Shown here: one piece after another, positions 19,248 through 28,728 of the stretch | How the letters are laid out: the number at the start of each line of letters is the position of its first letter | How positions within the stretch are numbered: position 1 is the first letter of the stretch | Source: Candidatus Yanofskybacteria bacterium RIFCSPLOWO2_01_FULL_49_17 | GTDB lineage: Bacteria; Patescibacteriota; Minisyncoccia; 2-02-FULL-40-12; GWA2-44-9 | NCBI GenBank assembly: GCA_001795695.1 | Contig: MGKO01000006.1 | Span: 1,828 to 46,828 of the forward strand | Direction: 5' to 3' | Length of the DNA: 45,001 bases | Program-made: the position numbers and the translations under genes | The notes under the pieces: model-generated | What the model was told of the DNA's origin: nothing | Databases searched by the model: none | What the model saw: the letters and a program-made list of their open reading frames with translations, nothing else

Positions 19248-19988
19248 TCATTTCTTTTTTAAAACTAATAGTACTGAAACTCCAAATGGAAAAGATAGGT
19301 ATCGGAGTAATTTTCTTTCAAAATTAAAAATGTGAAAAAATAAATAATTTAAAAAATGATTATTTATCTCCAGATCCGATTCCCGGTTTATGTTTAATAT
19401 TTTACTTAACAATCTAATCAGTGCTATCGGTAAAAATAAAAAAGTATTAAAATATGATTTTTTTATCACTTCAAAATGAGCCGACTTTTGGACCATTGCT
19501 AAAAGAGAATGTACCGTATATCTCCGGTAGTGGTGAGAAATCTCGTCTTGGATGCCCCACAAAAATTTAAATGCCGGCACAAAAATAATAAACAATCCGT
19601 TTTCTTTTAATACTCGGTGTATTTCTTCTATGGCCGAACGCTCATACTCTACGTGCTCAAGAACGTCAAGAGCTAAAACAACACCAAAGGAATTAGATGG
19701 AAAATCTAAACAATTATCTTTCAAAACTGTTAAATTCACAATGCCTTTCTGCTGCCCTTTTATAACGGCCTCTTCAGATACATCACAGCCAGAAACGTCA
19801 TAATTTAACTTCTGTAAATAGCGAACGAATTCTCCGGAGCTGGATCCAAAATCTAAAATTTTTGTGGAACTTGGCTGGGAAAAATTACTGGACAAGAGAT
19901 CTTTTATAATCTTCCGCCTGACCGCAAGCCACCAATGTTTATCTTGGGAATCTAATTCAAAATATTCTCTCTCAAATTTTTTATCCAT
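19248..19988 (-). CDS. Class I SAM-dependent methyltransferase
   Basis: HWW, ILDFGSSSG, DVLEH, VPAF.FLW..QD...HHYRRY and PFGVS. Confidence 0.9.
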   Translation of the reverse strand: MDKKFEREYFELDSQDKHWWLAVRRKIIKDLLSSNFSQPSSTKILDFGSSSGEFVRYLQKLNYDVSGCDVSEEAVIKGQQKGIVNLTVLKDNCLDFPSNSFGVVLALDVLEHVEYERSAIEEIHRVLKENGLFIIFVPAFKFLWGIQDEISHHYRRYTVHSLLAMVQKSAHFEVIKKSYFNTFLFLPIALIRLLSKILNINRESDLEINNHFLNYLFFHIFNFERKLLRYLSFPFGVSVLLVLKKK

Positions 19989-20994
19989 TATGATACTTGG
20001 ATTGACTTAGCGTATGAGAATCAATATTTTTTGTTTCGGCAATGATATAACTTGGTCGGCCTTTTATTTCATTGAACATTTTATAAAGATATTCTCCAAA
20101 TATGCCTAAGATTAATAATTGGAAACTGCTCATAAATAAAATTATAATGATCGTGCTCGCCCAACCAATCGGTATTATATTAAGATTGGTATAGCGAGCG
20201 TAGACTACGAATCCGCTGAAAGCGACGCTAAATAAAAAAATGAGACCACCCAGAGCTCCAGCCAACCTCAAAGGAAAAGCGGAGAAAGATGTAACACCGC
20301 TCATCACGAAACCTACAAGTTTGGTAAAATTGAATCCTGATCGGCCAAATTTTCTAGCTTCTGCCGTATATGGAACATAGGTCTTTTTGAATCCAATCCA
20401 TTGAATCATACCCCGTAAAAATCTATCCTTTTCGGGCATTGTCTTTAATGCATCAATAACCGAACGTTTATATAATCCGAAATCGGATGAATTTTTAAAT
20501 TTTAGATTTGTGATTAAACTTAATACTTTGTAGGTGGTACGACCAACAAATTCTCGTAGCCAGCTATTCTGTTTATTCACCAATCGTTCACCAATCACTA
20601 AATCGTAACCCTTGTTGGCATACTCAATAAAAACCGGAATCATTGATGGTGGGTATTGAAGATCATCATCTATGACAACGATCATGGCGCCTTGAGCAAA
20701 ATCAAAACCAGCACTAACCGCGGACTGATAACCAAAATTACGTGATAACGTTATGATTTTGAGATTATGATTAATTTCCGAAGCAGCTGCTAATAGTTCT
20801 GCCGTTCTATCAGTGGAACTATCGTTAACGAGGATAATCTCATAAATTTTGCCGGTTGAGCTACATATTGAAACTAGTTCACGCAAAAGGTGTGGAATAG
20901 ATTCTTCACTATTAAATACCGGAATGACCACCGATAATTCTATCCGGCCTTCGGTCTTTTTTTGACTTGCATGAGGATTAATATTTTGCATCAT
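19981..20994 (-). CDS. GT2 polyprenyl-phosphate glycosyltransferase (GtrB/ArnC-like)
   Basis: SVVIPVFN, LSRNFGYQSA, DDDLQYPP, RFLRGM..WIGF, two C-terminal TM helices and GEYL...RP.Y. Confidence 0.92.
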   Translation of the reverse strand: MMQNINPHASQKKTEGRIELSVVIPVFNSEESIPHLLRELVSICSSTGKIYEIILVNDSSTDRTAELLAAASEINHNLKIITLSRNFGYQSAVSAGFDFAQGAMIVVIDDDLQYPPSMIPVFIEYANKGYDLVIGERLVNKQNSWLREFVGRTTYKVLSLITNLKFKNSSDFGLYKRSVIDALKTMPEKDRFLRGMIQWIGFKKTYVPYTAEARKFGRSGFNFTKLVGFVMSGVTSFSAFPLRLAGALGGLIFLFSVAFSGFVVYARYTNLNIIPIGWASTIIIILFMSSFQLLILGIFGEYLYKMFNEIKGRPSYIIAETKNIDSHTLSQSKYHNG

Positions 20995-22718
20995 TTAGGT
21001 TTAACCTGATACAGAAAGAGACCGTCTTTCGCATAGACCTTGGACAAAAATGGGAGTTTATTGAAGTAATTACTATCAGTACCGTTATCCGCAATAATAA
21101 GGTCTATTTTAAAACTTTTAAAAACTTTGTCAAGTGGTATTTTATAAAATTCATTATATTCCAATCCTAATTTCTGTAATTCTACATCTGAAAGTTCATA
21201 GTTTCCTGGCATATCACGATAATAAATACCAAACAGGGCACTTGTAATATTATTTCTATCTTGGTACATGGCATTTATGATATTTTTATCATTTATACCA
21301 TGCAAACGATAGTCCAGAAAAAGCATATCGCGGATATGGACTTTACTATTGCTGTAATTTTCTAATACCATAGGGGCGTTATGGTGAGTGTATGCTAAAA
21401 TCAAGTACGAAAGCTCGGGATACGAGATCTCCAGATCGGGATTAGCCCAAATATTTTTTTTTGTGGTATAGCTCTCGTCAAGAAAAGTTAACAATGGAGC
21501 ATATCGCTGGTTTTCTTTATAGGTCGTGTAGTTCGCGGAATAAGAACGCGCCTGAATAATAATGGCATTAAGAGAAAATATTGATACCAAAAATATAACT
21601 ACCACTATTCTCCATTTTTTGTTGGGTACAATTTTTTCTATCCAGTATAGCCCAAGGAAGGTCAGAATAATTGCAATGAGTGGTTTCGTAGTGAACCAAT
21701 GGTAGTGACCAGGCTGTATCTGGAATCCTGTAACGAGTTGCTGATTAAGCACGACTGCTAATGCTCCAAAGAGAATAATAAAAAAATACTTAGTATTCTG
21801 GTATGCAGTGGGCCATAAAAATATAATAAACAAAAATCCCAGTACTACCCAAGCCCCCAAAATAGGCGCATGGGTATGTATCAATCCTAGTCGAGAAGTG
21901 GTATAGATATAATCCTCATCAGATCTACCCCTCAAAAGATTGACAAAAAATGGCAACGCGACAAGCCCGTTGACCGCAAACACAACAAAGAAGTATTTAA
22001 ACTTTTCCCATTCTTTTTTTACCAATAAGCATAAAAGATAAAGACCGAGTACTACAACAATGAATGTCCATGTATAAATATATTCATATAATGAAAGCCC
22101 TATTAATACCCCAATAACGCCGGCGGCTTTAAAAGACATCTTATTGTACGCCAAACGATAGATTCCCCATAAGCCTAAAAACAAAAATATCGAGCTTATA
22201 AGGGGACTTATCGGCCGAGTATAGGGCAAAAAGCTATCAATACTTGTTTTAAACAAACTAAGACGCGTAACATCAATTGGACTTAATAAATTAATTCCTA
22301 AAATTACAAAGAGGGGCGCAATCAATGCCACTAATCTTAAAGAAAATATCTCCAGTAACCATCCGTAGAGAATTAAAAACAACAATATGGGTCCTGCAAA
22401 TTTCAACGCTACGTTTATCTCTATAGCTCGGGTACTAAATATTTTAGCGAAAAAAGCCATTATTCTTTGGCCCAACTTCGGTGCTAAATAATAATTCTTT
22501 CCGGGATCCACAGGAAATGGCCCCTTTGAATAGTCTTCATATAGAGCCCTGTTAATCTCGCCAACATACATATATTCCGCGTCAGTGCCAAACATTTGGA
22601 TACCTCTATAATTCTGATCTTTCAATACATAGATTTGAGGCGCAACAGAAACAAGACCGACTATAACCGCGAGGATGATGGCGATTTTATGCGATTTGAT
22701 AAATGCTTTAACTTCCAT
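20991..22718 (-). CDS. Polytopic membrane protein, probable GT-C fold glycosyltransferase
   Basis: Multi-TM; TDAEYMY, TRP, LYEYIYTW and GHYHW; same layout as 14426..16189. Confidence 0.65.
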   Translation of the reverse strand: MEVKAFIKSHKIAIILAVIVGLVSVAPQIYVLKDQNYRGIQMFGTDAEYMYVGEINRALYEDYSKGPFPVDPGKNYYLAPKLGQRIMAFFAKIFSTRAIEINVALKFAGPILLFLILYGWLLEIFSLRLVALIAPLFVILGINLLSPIDVTRLSLFKTSIDSFLPYTRPISPLISSIFLFLGLWGIYRLAYNKMSFKAAGVIGVLIGLSLYEYIYTWTFIVVVLGLYLLCLLVKKEWEKFKYFFVVFAVNGLVALPFFVNLLRGRSDEDYIYTTSRLGLIHTHAPILGAWVVLGFLFIIFLWPTAYQNTKYFFIILFGALAVVLNQQLVTGFQIQPGHYHWFTTKPLIAIILTFLGLYWIEKIVPNKKWRIVVVIFLVSIFSLNAIIIQARSYSANYTTYKENQRYAPLLTFLDESYTTKKNIWANPDLEISYPELSYLILAYTHHNAPMVLENYSNSKVHIRDMLFLDYRLHGINDKNIINAMYQDRNNITSALFGIYYRDMPGNYELSDVELQKLGLEYNEFYKIPLDKVFKSFKIDLIIADNGTDSNYFNKLPFLSKVYAKDGLFLYQVKPK

Positions 22719-23868
22719 CGGATTCTATGAAACTTTTTATGGCCCGAGCGCGGCTGGACCAAGAAAACTTTTCGGCTCTCTTTAAACTATGGCTGGCCAA
22801 ACTGGTAGCGAGACTGGGGTCAGAAATAATCCGATCCAATTGAAGGGCTAAACCGCTGGCATCTCCCGGCTTGAAAAATAAAGCCGTGGTTGGATCAATG
22901 ATTTCTTTCAAGCCGGGCAGGTCCGAAGCAATAATTACTTTACCCGCGGCCATATATTCAAATAATTTCATGGGCGATGTGGTGAGGGCGTGTTGGTTTA
23001 AATCTAGGGGGATGACGACGATGTCCATCGCCCGTAAATATCTTGGAATGATAGCGTGGGCTACCTGGCCGACAAAAACCACTCGCTGCTCTATGCCCAA
23101 TTTTTTAGCTTTTCCCTTAAAATACTCAACGTGATTGTTCGGACCACCGATAATATATAAAATAGCTTCTTTGTGTCTCATGACACTAACGGCTTCAATA
23201 AGCCGGCCGACGCCTTTATCCATACCTGCCGTTTCCAGTCGGCCAACATGGCCGACGATGATGCCGGCCGGAAAGCCAAGCTCTTTTCGGACCTCTTCTC
23301 TCGACTGCGGAATATTGAATTGGTCCAGGTCAACCCCATTGGGAGCGACCAGCATCTTTGATCCAGAAACTTTGTAATGTTTCAGCAGAAGTTCCTTGGT
23401 GCCTCTGGAGTTGGCTATCACCTTTTTAGCTCGGTTAAGGATGAGCTGGATAAAGCGCCTTGGTTTCTTGAAGCGGTAATCGTGGATCTCGGCTGCAAAA
23501 GGCGGGCCAAAAACGGACAGAAAGAACAATGTCCAATAGTCCCGGGCATAAAATATCGTTCCAGCCCCCTGATAGCGCTTGGACCACAGGACCAGGATCA
23601 GAGCCGACAATAACGTCTGGATATAATAAGCGAGTCGGCCGGGCAGCCAAGAGATATCAATGGCCGGTACTTTCTGATAGTCAAAATTTTTCCTTAATCC
23701 GTAAAAAGAAAAAAAATCCTGTTTTATCGGGTTACGACGATAAGCCGAAAGAAGGATAACTTCATTCCTGTCTTCGGCGAAGGCCTCGCACATTTTAACG
23801 ATTTGAAGGCCATGAGCTTTTTCCGTCGGCAGGCGACCGTTAAAAAGATACATTATTTTATAATCCAC
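22708..23868 (-). CDS. GT4 glycosyltransferase
   Basis: EKAHGLQI, PNGVD and TSPMKLFEYMAAG. Confidence 0.92.
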   Translation of the reverse strand: MDYKIMYLFNGRLPTEKAHGLQIVKMCEAFAEDRNEVILLSAYRRNPIKQDFFSFYGLRKNFDYQKVPAIDISWLPGRLAYYIQTLLSALILVLWSKRYQGAGTIFYARDYWTLFFLSVFGPPFAAEIHDYRFKKPRRFIQLILNRAKKVIANSRGTKELLLKHYKVSGSKMLVAPNGVDLDQFNIPQSREEVRKELGFPAGIIVGHVGRLETAGMDKGVGRLIEAVSVMRHKEAILYIIGGPNNHVEYFKGKAKKLGIEQRVVFVGQVAHAIIPRYLRAMDIVVIPLDLNQHALTTSPMKLFEYMAAGKVIIASDLPGLKEIIDPTTALFFKPGDASGLALQLDRIISDPSLATSLASHSLKRAEKFSWSSRARAIKSFIESDGS

Positions 23869-23872
23869 GATA

Positions 23873-25042
23873 TTACAGAGAGTTTAGAAACCGTTCCAAT
23901 CTTCCCGCCACAACTTTATGGCTATACTTACTAAGAACATGCTCGCGGCCTTGCCTACCAAATTCTACTCTTATCTCTAGGTGTTGAGCCAAATATACCA
24001 TCGCTTCATATAGGGCCTGAATATCTTTAGGTTCAACTAAAATACCTGTTTTTTTGTTAATAATAGACTCTGGTATACCTCCTATGTTTGTAGCAATGAC
24101 GGGGAGGCCACTTGCGGACGCTTGAAGCAAGGTGGAACCCATTTGTTCCTCCCAACCCTTGTATGGTTCAGATGGGTGAACTAGAACATCAACCGAAGAG
24201 AAGATACCAGCTAATTCATGATTTGGCAGCCATTCAATAAAAGTGACCTTATCTGTGATTCCTAATTGATTAACTAAATCTTTTGCTTGAGACCAAAGCT
24301 TACCCATCCCAATCATTACCAAATGCGCGGTAGGTATATCATTTAAAGTTTTCTTAAAGGCATTAATCGTTGCAAACACCCCTTTACGTTCATCAAAAAC
24401 AGCAGCAAACAAAAAGATAAACTTATTTTCTAGATTAAATTTTTGTCTAAAATCACTTCCCACACCAGGCTTAAAAATATCAACATCTACACCAGTTTGG
24501 GGTATTATTGCGACTTTGATTCTATTATCAAGATATGGCTTTAAAACTTCGTAGACTTGATAAGTGCCACAGAGCGCACCGGCGCTTAATTTAATATTTT
24601 GCCTCAATAGCCAATTGGTAATTTTTAACTTGGTGCCATCTAAACGCTTGTCGTAATCTATATTTTGGAATGTTAAAAAAACATGTTTCAAGCCCATTTT
24701 TTTAGTCAGGCGACTGTACAAATAGGTGCTAAATAAATTAGGCTCACCGGAGCTCAATAGCACGTCTCCTTTGCGCGCCAGTTGCCCAAGGATCCTCCCC
24801 GTAAACGGCATCCAACCTTTGAGCATTCCTTTAACAACCGGATAGTGGGAGTGATAAAAGGGTGCCCATGTTTTAATGATTTTAAATTTACTTTTTTCTG
24901 TGGGCACAACTCTAATCTTTCCCCCTTTAGATTTCCATAATTTTGGTAAAATAAAAATAAGAGAATCTTTATTCTCAAAGAAATCAAACATTCTAAAAAA
25001 CCTATCATATGCGTATATATATGAATTAACAAAAATTTTCAT
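23873..25042 (-). CDS. GT4 glycosyltransferase
   Basis: WEEQMGSTLLQASASG and GGIPE. Start placed at the ATG overlapping the upstream TGA (ATGA). Confidence 0.88.
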   Translation of the reverse strand: MKIFVNSYIYAYDRFFRMFDFFENKDSLIFILPKLWKSKGGKIRVVPTEKSKFKIIKTWAPFYHSHYPVVKGMLKGWMPFTGRILGQLARKGDVLLSSGEPNLFSTYLYSRLTKKMGLKHVFLTFQNIDYDKRLDGTKLKITNWLLRQNIKLSAGALCGTYQVYEVLKPYLDNRIKVAIIPQTGVDVDIFKPGVGSDFRQKFNLENKFIFLFAAVFDERKGVFATINAFKKTLNDIPTAHLVMIGMGKLWSQAKDLVNQLGITDKVTFIEWLPNHELAGIFSSVDVLVHPSEPYKGWEEQMGSTLLQASASGLPVIATNIGGIPESIINKKTGILVEPKDIQALYEAMVYLAQHLEIRVEFGRQGREHVLSKYSHKVVAGRLERFLNSL

Positions 25043-25608
25043 GACTTTAACTTTTTGATCAACCATTGTAGTTTTTTCTTCATGGGTCGGCCCCAATTAC
25101 CCCGGCCCTTCATCTCTATCACCCTATAATGGTCAAAAGGATCTTCCGCCAACTTTGCAATGTCACGAGCTAGATTTTCAACCGGGTACCAGTCTATATC
25201 TATGAGCCAGGGGAGATATTTTCGCCTCGTGATGCCACACGGTCTGATGGTAATCGCTTTTAAACCTTCACCGACATACTTTTCGACAAGTTTTTCGGCT
25301 TGGGCCTTACTGCGACCATATGGACTGTCATTATGTATGTCTGTTGAGCTTATGTTTATAAATTTACATCCATACTTTAGACATAACTGGGCAACTCTTT
25401 CTGTTCCCCTAACGTTGACTTCGTATATTTCTTCGGAAGTGTGTTTTGAGCGCTTGGCCGCCAAATGAATAACAACTTCTTGATTCTTAAAGTATTGCTC
25501 GATATCATCTTCTAGCCTCTTGGCGAGTTCTGTTATCTGATGGCCAGTTAAATGCCTGACGAGATGCCTCCCGATAAATCCTTTACTGCCGGTAATTAGT
25601 ATTTGCAT
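25039..25608 (-). CDS. Short NAD-dependent epimerase/dehydratase-like SDR (189 aa)
   Basis: ITGSKGFIG, IHLAA, ISST and YGRSK (YxxxK); lacks the usual C-terminal substrate domain. Confidence 0.8.
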   Translation of the reverse strand: MQILITGSKGFIGRHLVRHLTGHQITELAKRLEDDIEQYFKNQEVVIHLAAKRSKHTSEEIYEVNVRGTERVAQLCLKYGCKFINISSTDIHNDSPYGRSKAQAEKLVEKYVGEGLKAITIRPCGITRRKYLPWLIDIDWYPVENLARDIAKLAEDPFDHYRVIEMKGRGNWGRPMKKKLQWLIKKLKS

Positions 25609-25616
25609 GATCTATT

Positions 25617-26654
25617 CTAAATTAACTTCGCTTTCCAAGTACTGGGTGACAAGTCATGCTCCAAATCCATTGATACGAGATATACGAAGGGTTGGGGACC
25701 AAGAGAGCGAGCCCAGGAAATCATATCCTTCACGCCTGAACGGAGCGGTACTTTGACTTTAGTACCGATGAGTCTCTCGGCGACTTTATGGCTGGAAAAA
25801 GCATATTTAACTTCTTGAAGCCGAGCCGGAAACTTCTTGGGTAAAAACTTGGCGGGAATTTTATCAGAACCAAAAAATTCTTCCAGCACAACTCTGGATA
25901 ATTTGTTTAAGGTTACGGGATTATCAGAGCCCAAATTAAGAATTTTATCTTCGCATTTGGAACTGAAAGCGGCTCTGATCATTGCCGGCGCGACATCATT
26001 AATATGCGAAAAGGCCCTTTTTTGTTTGCCGTCGCCGTAAATATAAAAGTTTTTACTGTGGAGAAGCCTATTAATGAAAATGCCAACTACATTTCTATAT
26101 GGATCGGATAAGTTTTGCCTCGGACCATAGACATTATGGGGTCTGACAATGACATATTTAAAACCATAAACTTTGCTCATAATTTTTGTTTCTTGTTCCA
26201 TAGCAGTCTTGGCAATGCCGTATATATCTTCCGGTTGGGGAATCAGGTCTTCATGAAAAGGCGTTTGCTGGGCGCCATAGACACTCATCGAGCTAGTGAG
26301 AATCATTTTCTTTAATCCGTGCTTAATGGCCGGCACGAGCAAATTAGTGTAGGCTATGATATTCCTATCAATGGCGCTAAACGGCGTGAATTGGCTTCGG
26401 CCCTCGGTGGCGTCAGCGGCTAGATGAAAAATAATATCTGGTTTCAATTTCGCAATATAGGCCGCGGTTTTATCGCGATCGCGAAGGTCAAGTTTGGTAA
26501 AACGTTTTTTATCGGAAACATTACGCATAAAACCGCCGGACAGATCATCCACGCCATAGACTTCATGCTCTTGAGATTTTAAAAGATCATAGACGTGGCT
26601 GCCAATAAAGCCCGCCGAGCCAGTCACGAGAATTTTAGCCTTTCTTTTTTTCAT
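25617..26654 (-). CDS. NAD-dependent nucleotide-sugar epimerase/dehydratase
   Basis: VTGSAGFIG, SSMSVYG, YGIAK, RPHNVYGP and GDGKQKRAF. Confidence 0.93.
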   Translation of the reverse strand: MKKRKAKILVTGSAGFIGSHVYDLLKSQEHEVYGVDDLSGGFMRNVSDKKRFTKLDLRDRDKTAAYIAKLKPDIIFHLAADATEGRSQFTPFSAIDRNIIAYTNLLVPAIKHGLKKMILTSSMSVYGAQQTPFHEDLIPQPEDIYGIAKTAMEQETKIMSKVYGFKYVIVRPHNVYGPRQNLSDPYRNVVGIFINRLLHSKNFYIYGDGKQKRAFSHINDVAPAMIRAAFSSKCEDKILNLGSDNPVTLNKLSRVVLEEFFGSDKIPAKFLPKKFPARLQEVKYAFSSHKVAERLIGTKVKVPLRSGVKDMISWARSLGPQPFVYLVSMDLEHDLSPSTWKAKLI

Positions 26655-27706
26655 ATAATTTCTATTATTATCTTGGTTAATTCTCTGCCTAACACTTTGG
26701 GGCTGGCAAATTCAACAAATTTTTGGTGTCCAGATTGAGCCAAAGAGTCTCTTAGGCTCGGATTGTTCTTTAATCTCATGATCCCCGCCGCCAGTGACTC
26801 CGGATTCGCAGATTTTACCAAAAGCAGGTCATGTTCGTCAAATAATTCCCTGATCGCTTCTGTATCGGCCGTGATTACCGGTTTTCTCATGGCCAAAGAT
26901 TCATAGACTTTATTTGGTATCACTAAATTCGTTTTTGGGGTATCTCCAAAAATACCCAGACATATATCAGCTTCAGCGATCATTTTTTTAAGATCTTCGG
27001 GCGAAGCCATATCTTTAAACATTACGTTCTCTAATTTCAGGGCCTGGGCCAACAACATGGCCTCTGATTTTTCTTGTCCGGCCCCGACTAAATTAAAAAA
27101 TATTTTATCTTTTTCTAAAATTTTGGCCGATTTAATAATATATTTTACCCCTTGTAACGGCGCGAAACCAGCAAAAAATAAAACGTTAAATTGATTTTTG
27201 ACTCGGCCTTCTTCCCTATTAAGCATCGGATAAAAAATAAAGTCATTGGCGCCAATCCAAATCCTTCTGAATTTCTGGCGGGGCAGATTAAATTCTTTCA
27301 CAAAAAAATCAATATGGGCATCAGTATCTAACAATACCACCTGAGCTAATTTACACGACCAAGTGTCTAAAAACCTATAATATTTGGCTCTCCAACTATT
27401 CTTGGTGAAATACCCCCGATCAATGACATATCCTCCGTAGTGGGACATAAAAGCGTCAAATATAATTGGCTTAAAGGTAAGCAATCTGGCCAAAAACATC
27501 ACCTCCTGGCCACAAAAACCGACTATCATTATGTCAAATTTCCCTCTTATCTTCAAGTATTTGAAAACTAATTTCGGGTATTTCCAAAAGGCCCTTATTC
27601 TTTCACGGCATTCAATAACTTCGTGCCCATTCTCTTTGAGGCCATTTATTAATATTGAATTGCGCGCATAACTAGGATTATATACCCCAAAATATAGGAC
27701 TCTCAT
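26651..27706 (-). CDS. GT4 glycosyltransferase
   Basis: LGIFGDTPK..VIPNKVYESLAM. Confidence 0.9.
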   Translation of the reverse strand: MRVLYFGVYNPSYARNSILINGLKENGHEVIECRERIRAFWKYPKLVFKYLKIRGKFDIMIVGFCGQEVMFLARLLTFKPIIFDAFMSHYGGYVIDRGYFTKNSWRAKYYRFLDTWSCKLAQVVLLDTDAHIDFFVKEFNLPRQKFRRIWIGANDFIFYPMLNREEGRVKNQFNVLFFAGFAPLQGVKYIIKSAKILEKDKIFFNLVGAGQEKSEAMLLAQALKLENVMFKDMASPEDLKKMIAEADICLGIFGDTPKTNLVIPNKVYESLAMRKPVITADTEAIRELFDEHDLLLVKSANPESLAAGIMRLKNNPSLRDSLAQSGHQKFVEFASPKVLGRELTKIIIEII

Positions 27707-28728
27707 TTGTTTATTAACAATTTGGTTATTTTACTGATGAGCGCGTCAAGATTATGTCTTTCTATCACATATCGTCTTAATTGTCCGTCAGGAGCGTCCA
27801 CTGATGTCCCCATTATTTTATCAGCAAGTTCTTTTGGGTCATCTTCTTTAAATAACGAACCGGTCGGTAGAAAACCCTGGGCGGCGTCATTAGAGCTAAG
27901 GACCTGCATTCCGCAGGCCATCGCTTCCAACAGCGTCTTGTCTAAGCTTCCGGTTTTACTTAAGTGGATGAACAAGTTATATGATTGATAATATGAAGGC
28001 AATTCTTTGTTATTGACCTTGCCGATGAATTTAAAATAGTCATCTAAATTTAGTTTTTTTATTTTAGCTCTAATTTTTGATTCATAGTTTTTATCTTTAT
28101 CCAAAGCCGGCGCCCCGATCAAAGATATCTCAAACTTTAGGCCTTTATCGGTCATCATCTTTGCCGCCTCAATAAGGATTTCATAGTTTTTGACCGGCGC
28201 GATACGACCAACGCTAAGAATCCTCAATACTCCGTCCTTCATCTTTTTACCACTGTCCGGAACAAACAGATCTGTATCAATGCCATGACCGGTAACAAAG
28301 ACCTTATTGGACGGCAGACGAAAACTTTCTGGGGAAGCGGTTAAGATGATATCAGCTAATTTTTCGGCTAAGCGAAGTTTTAAAGTAACGCCCTTGCTGG
28401 TGTACCATAGAAAAGATTTTCTGCCCATCAAACGCCAGTATGGACCGCCCAGGACCATCCAGACGGGATTCATGTGAACAAACACGGCATCATATTCTAG
28501 CATTATGATCGCCCGATAAAAATTAAACAATTGGCCTAGTTTAGATTTATTCTTATCTTTGCCCATGCCTATCACCTGAACATTATCCGGTAAACCATAA
28601 TTCCCCCTCTCCAAGCATAAAACCGCTATTGTTTTAAAGTTCTTGGCAAATTCTTTTATCCAGCCGACGAAAAATCCCAGGAGCTGGTCGTCTTGATCCA
28701 CTTTTTGAGTAATAATGAGAAGTTTCAT
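27703..28728 (-). CDS. GT4 glycosyltransferase
   Basis: VGRIAPVK and GSLDKTLLEAMACG. Confidence 0.9.
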   Translation of the reverse strand: MKLLIITQKVDQDDQLLGFFVGWIKEFAKNFKTIAVLCLERGNYGLPDNVQVIGMGKDKNKSKLGQLFNFYRAIIMLEYDAVFVHMNPVWMVLGGPYWRLMGRKSFLWYTSKGVTLKLRLAEKLADIILTASPESFRLPSNKVFVTGHGIDTDLFVPDSGKKMKDGVLRILSVGRIAPVKNYEILIEAAKMMTDKGLKFEISLIGAPALDKDKNYESKIRAKIKKLNLDDYFKFIGKVNNKELPSYYQSYNLFIHLSKTGSLDKTLLEAMACGMQVLSSNDAAQGFLPTGSLFKEDDPKELADKIMGTSVDAPDGQLRRYVIERHNLDALISKITKLLINK

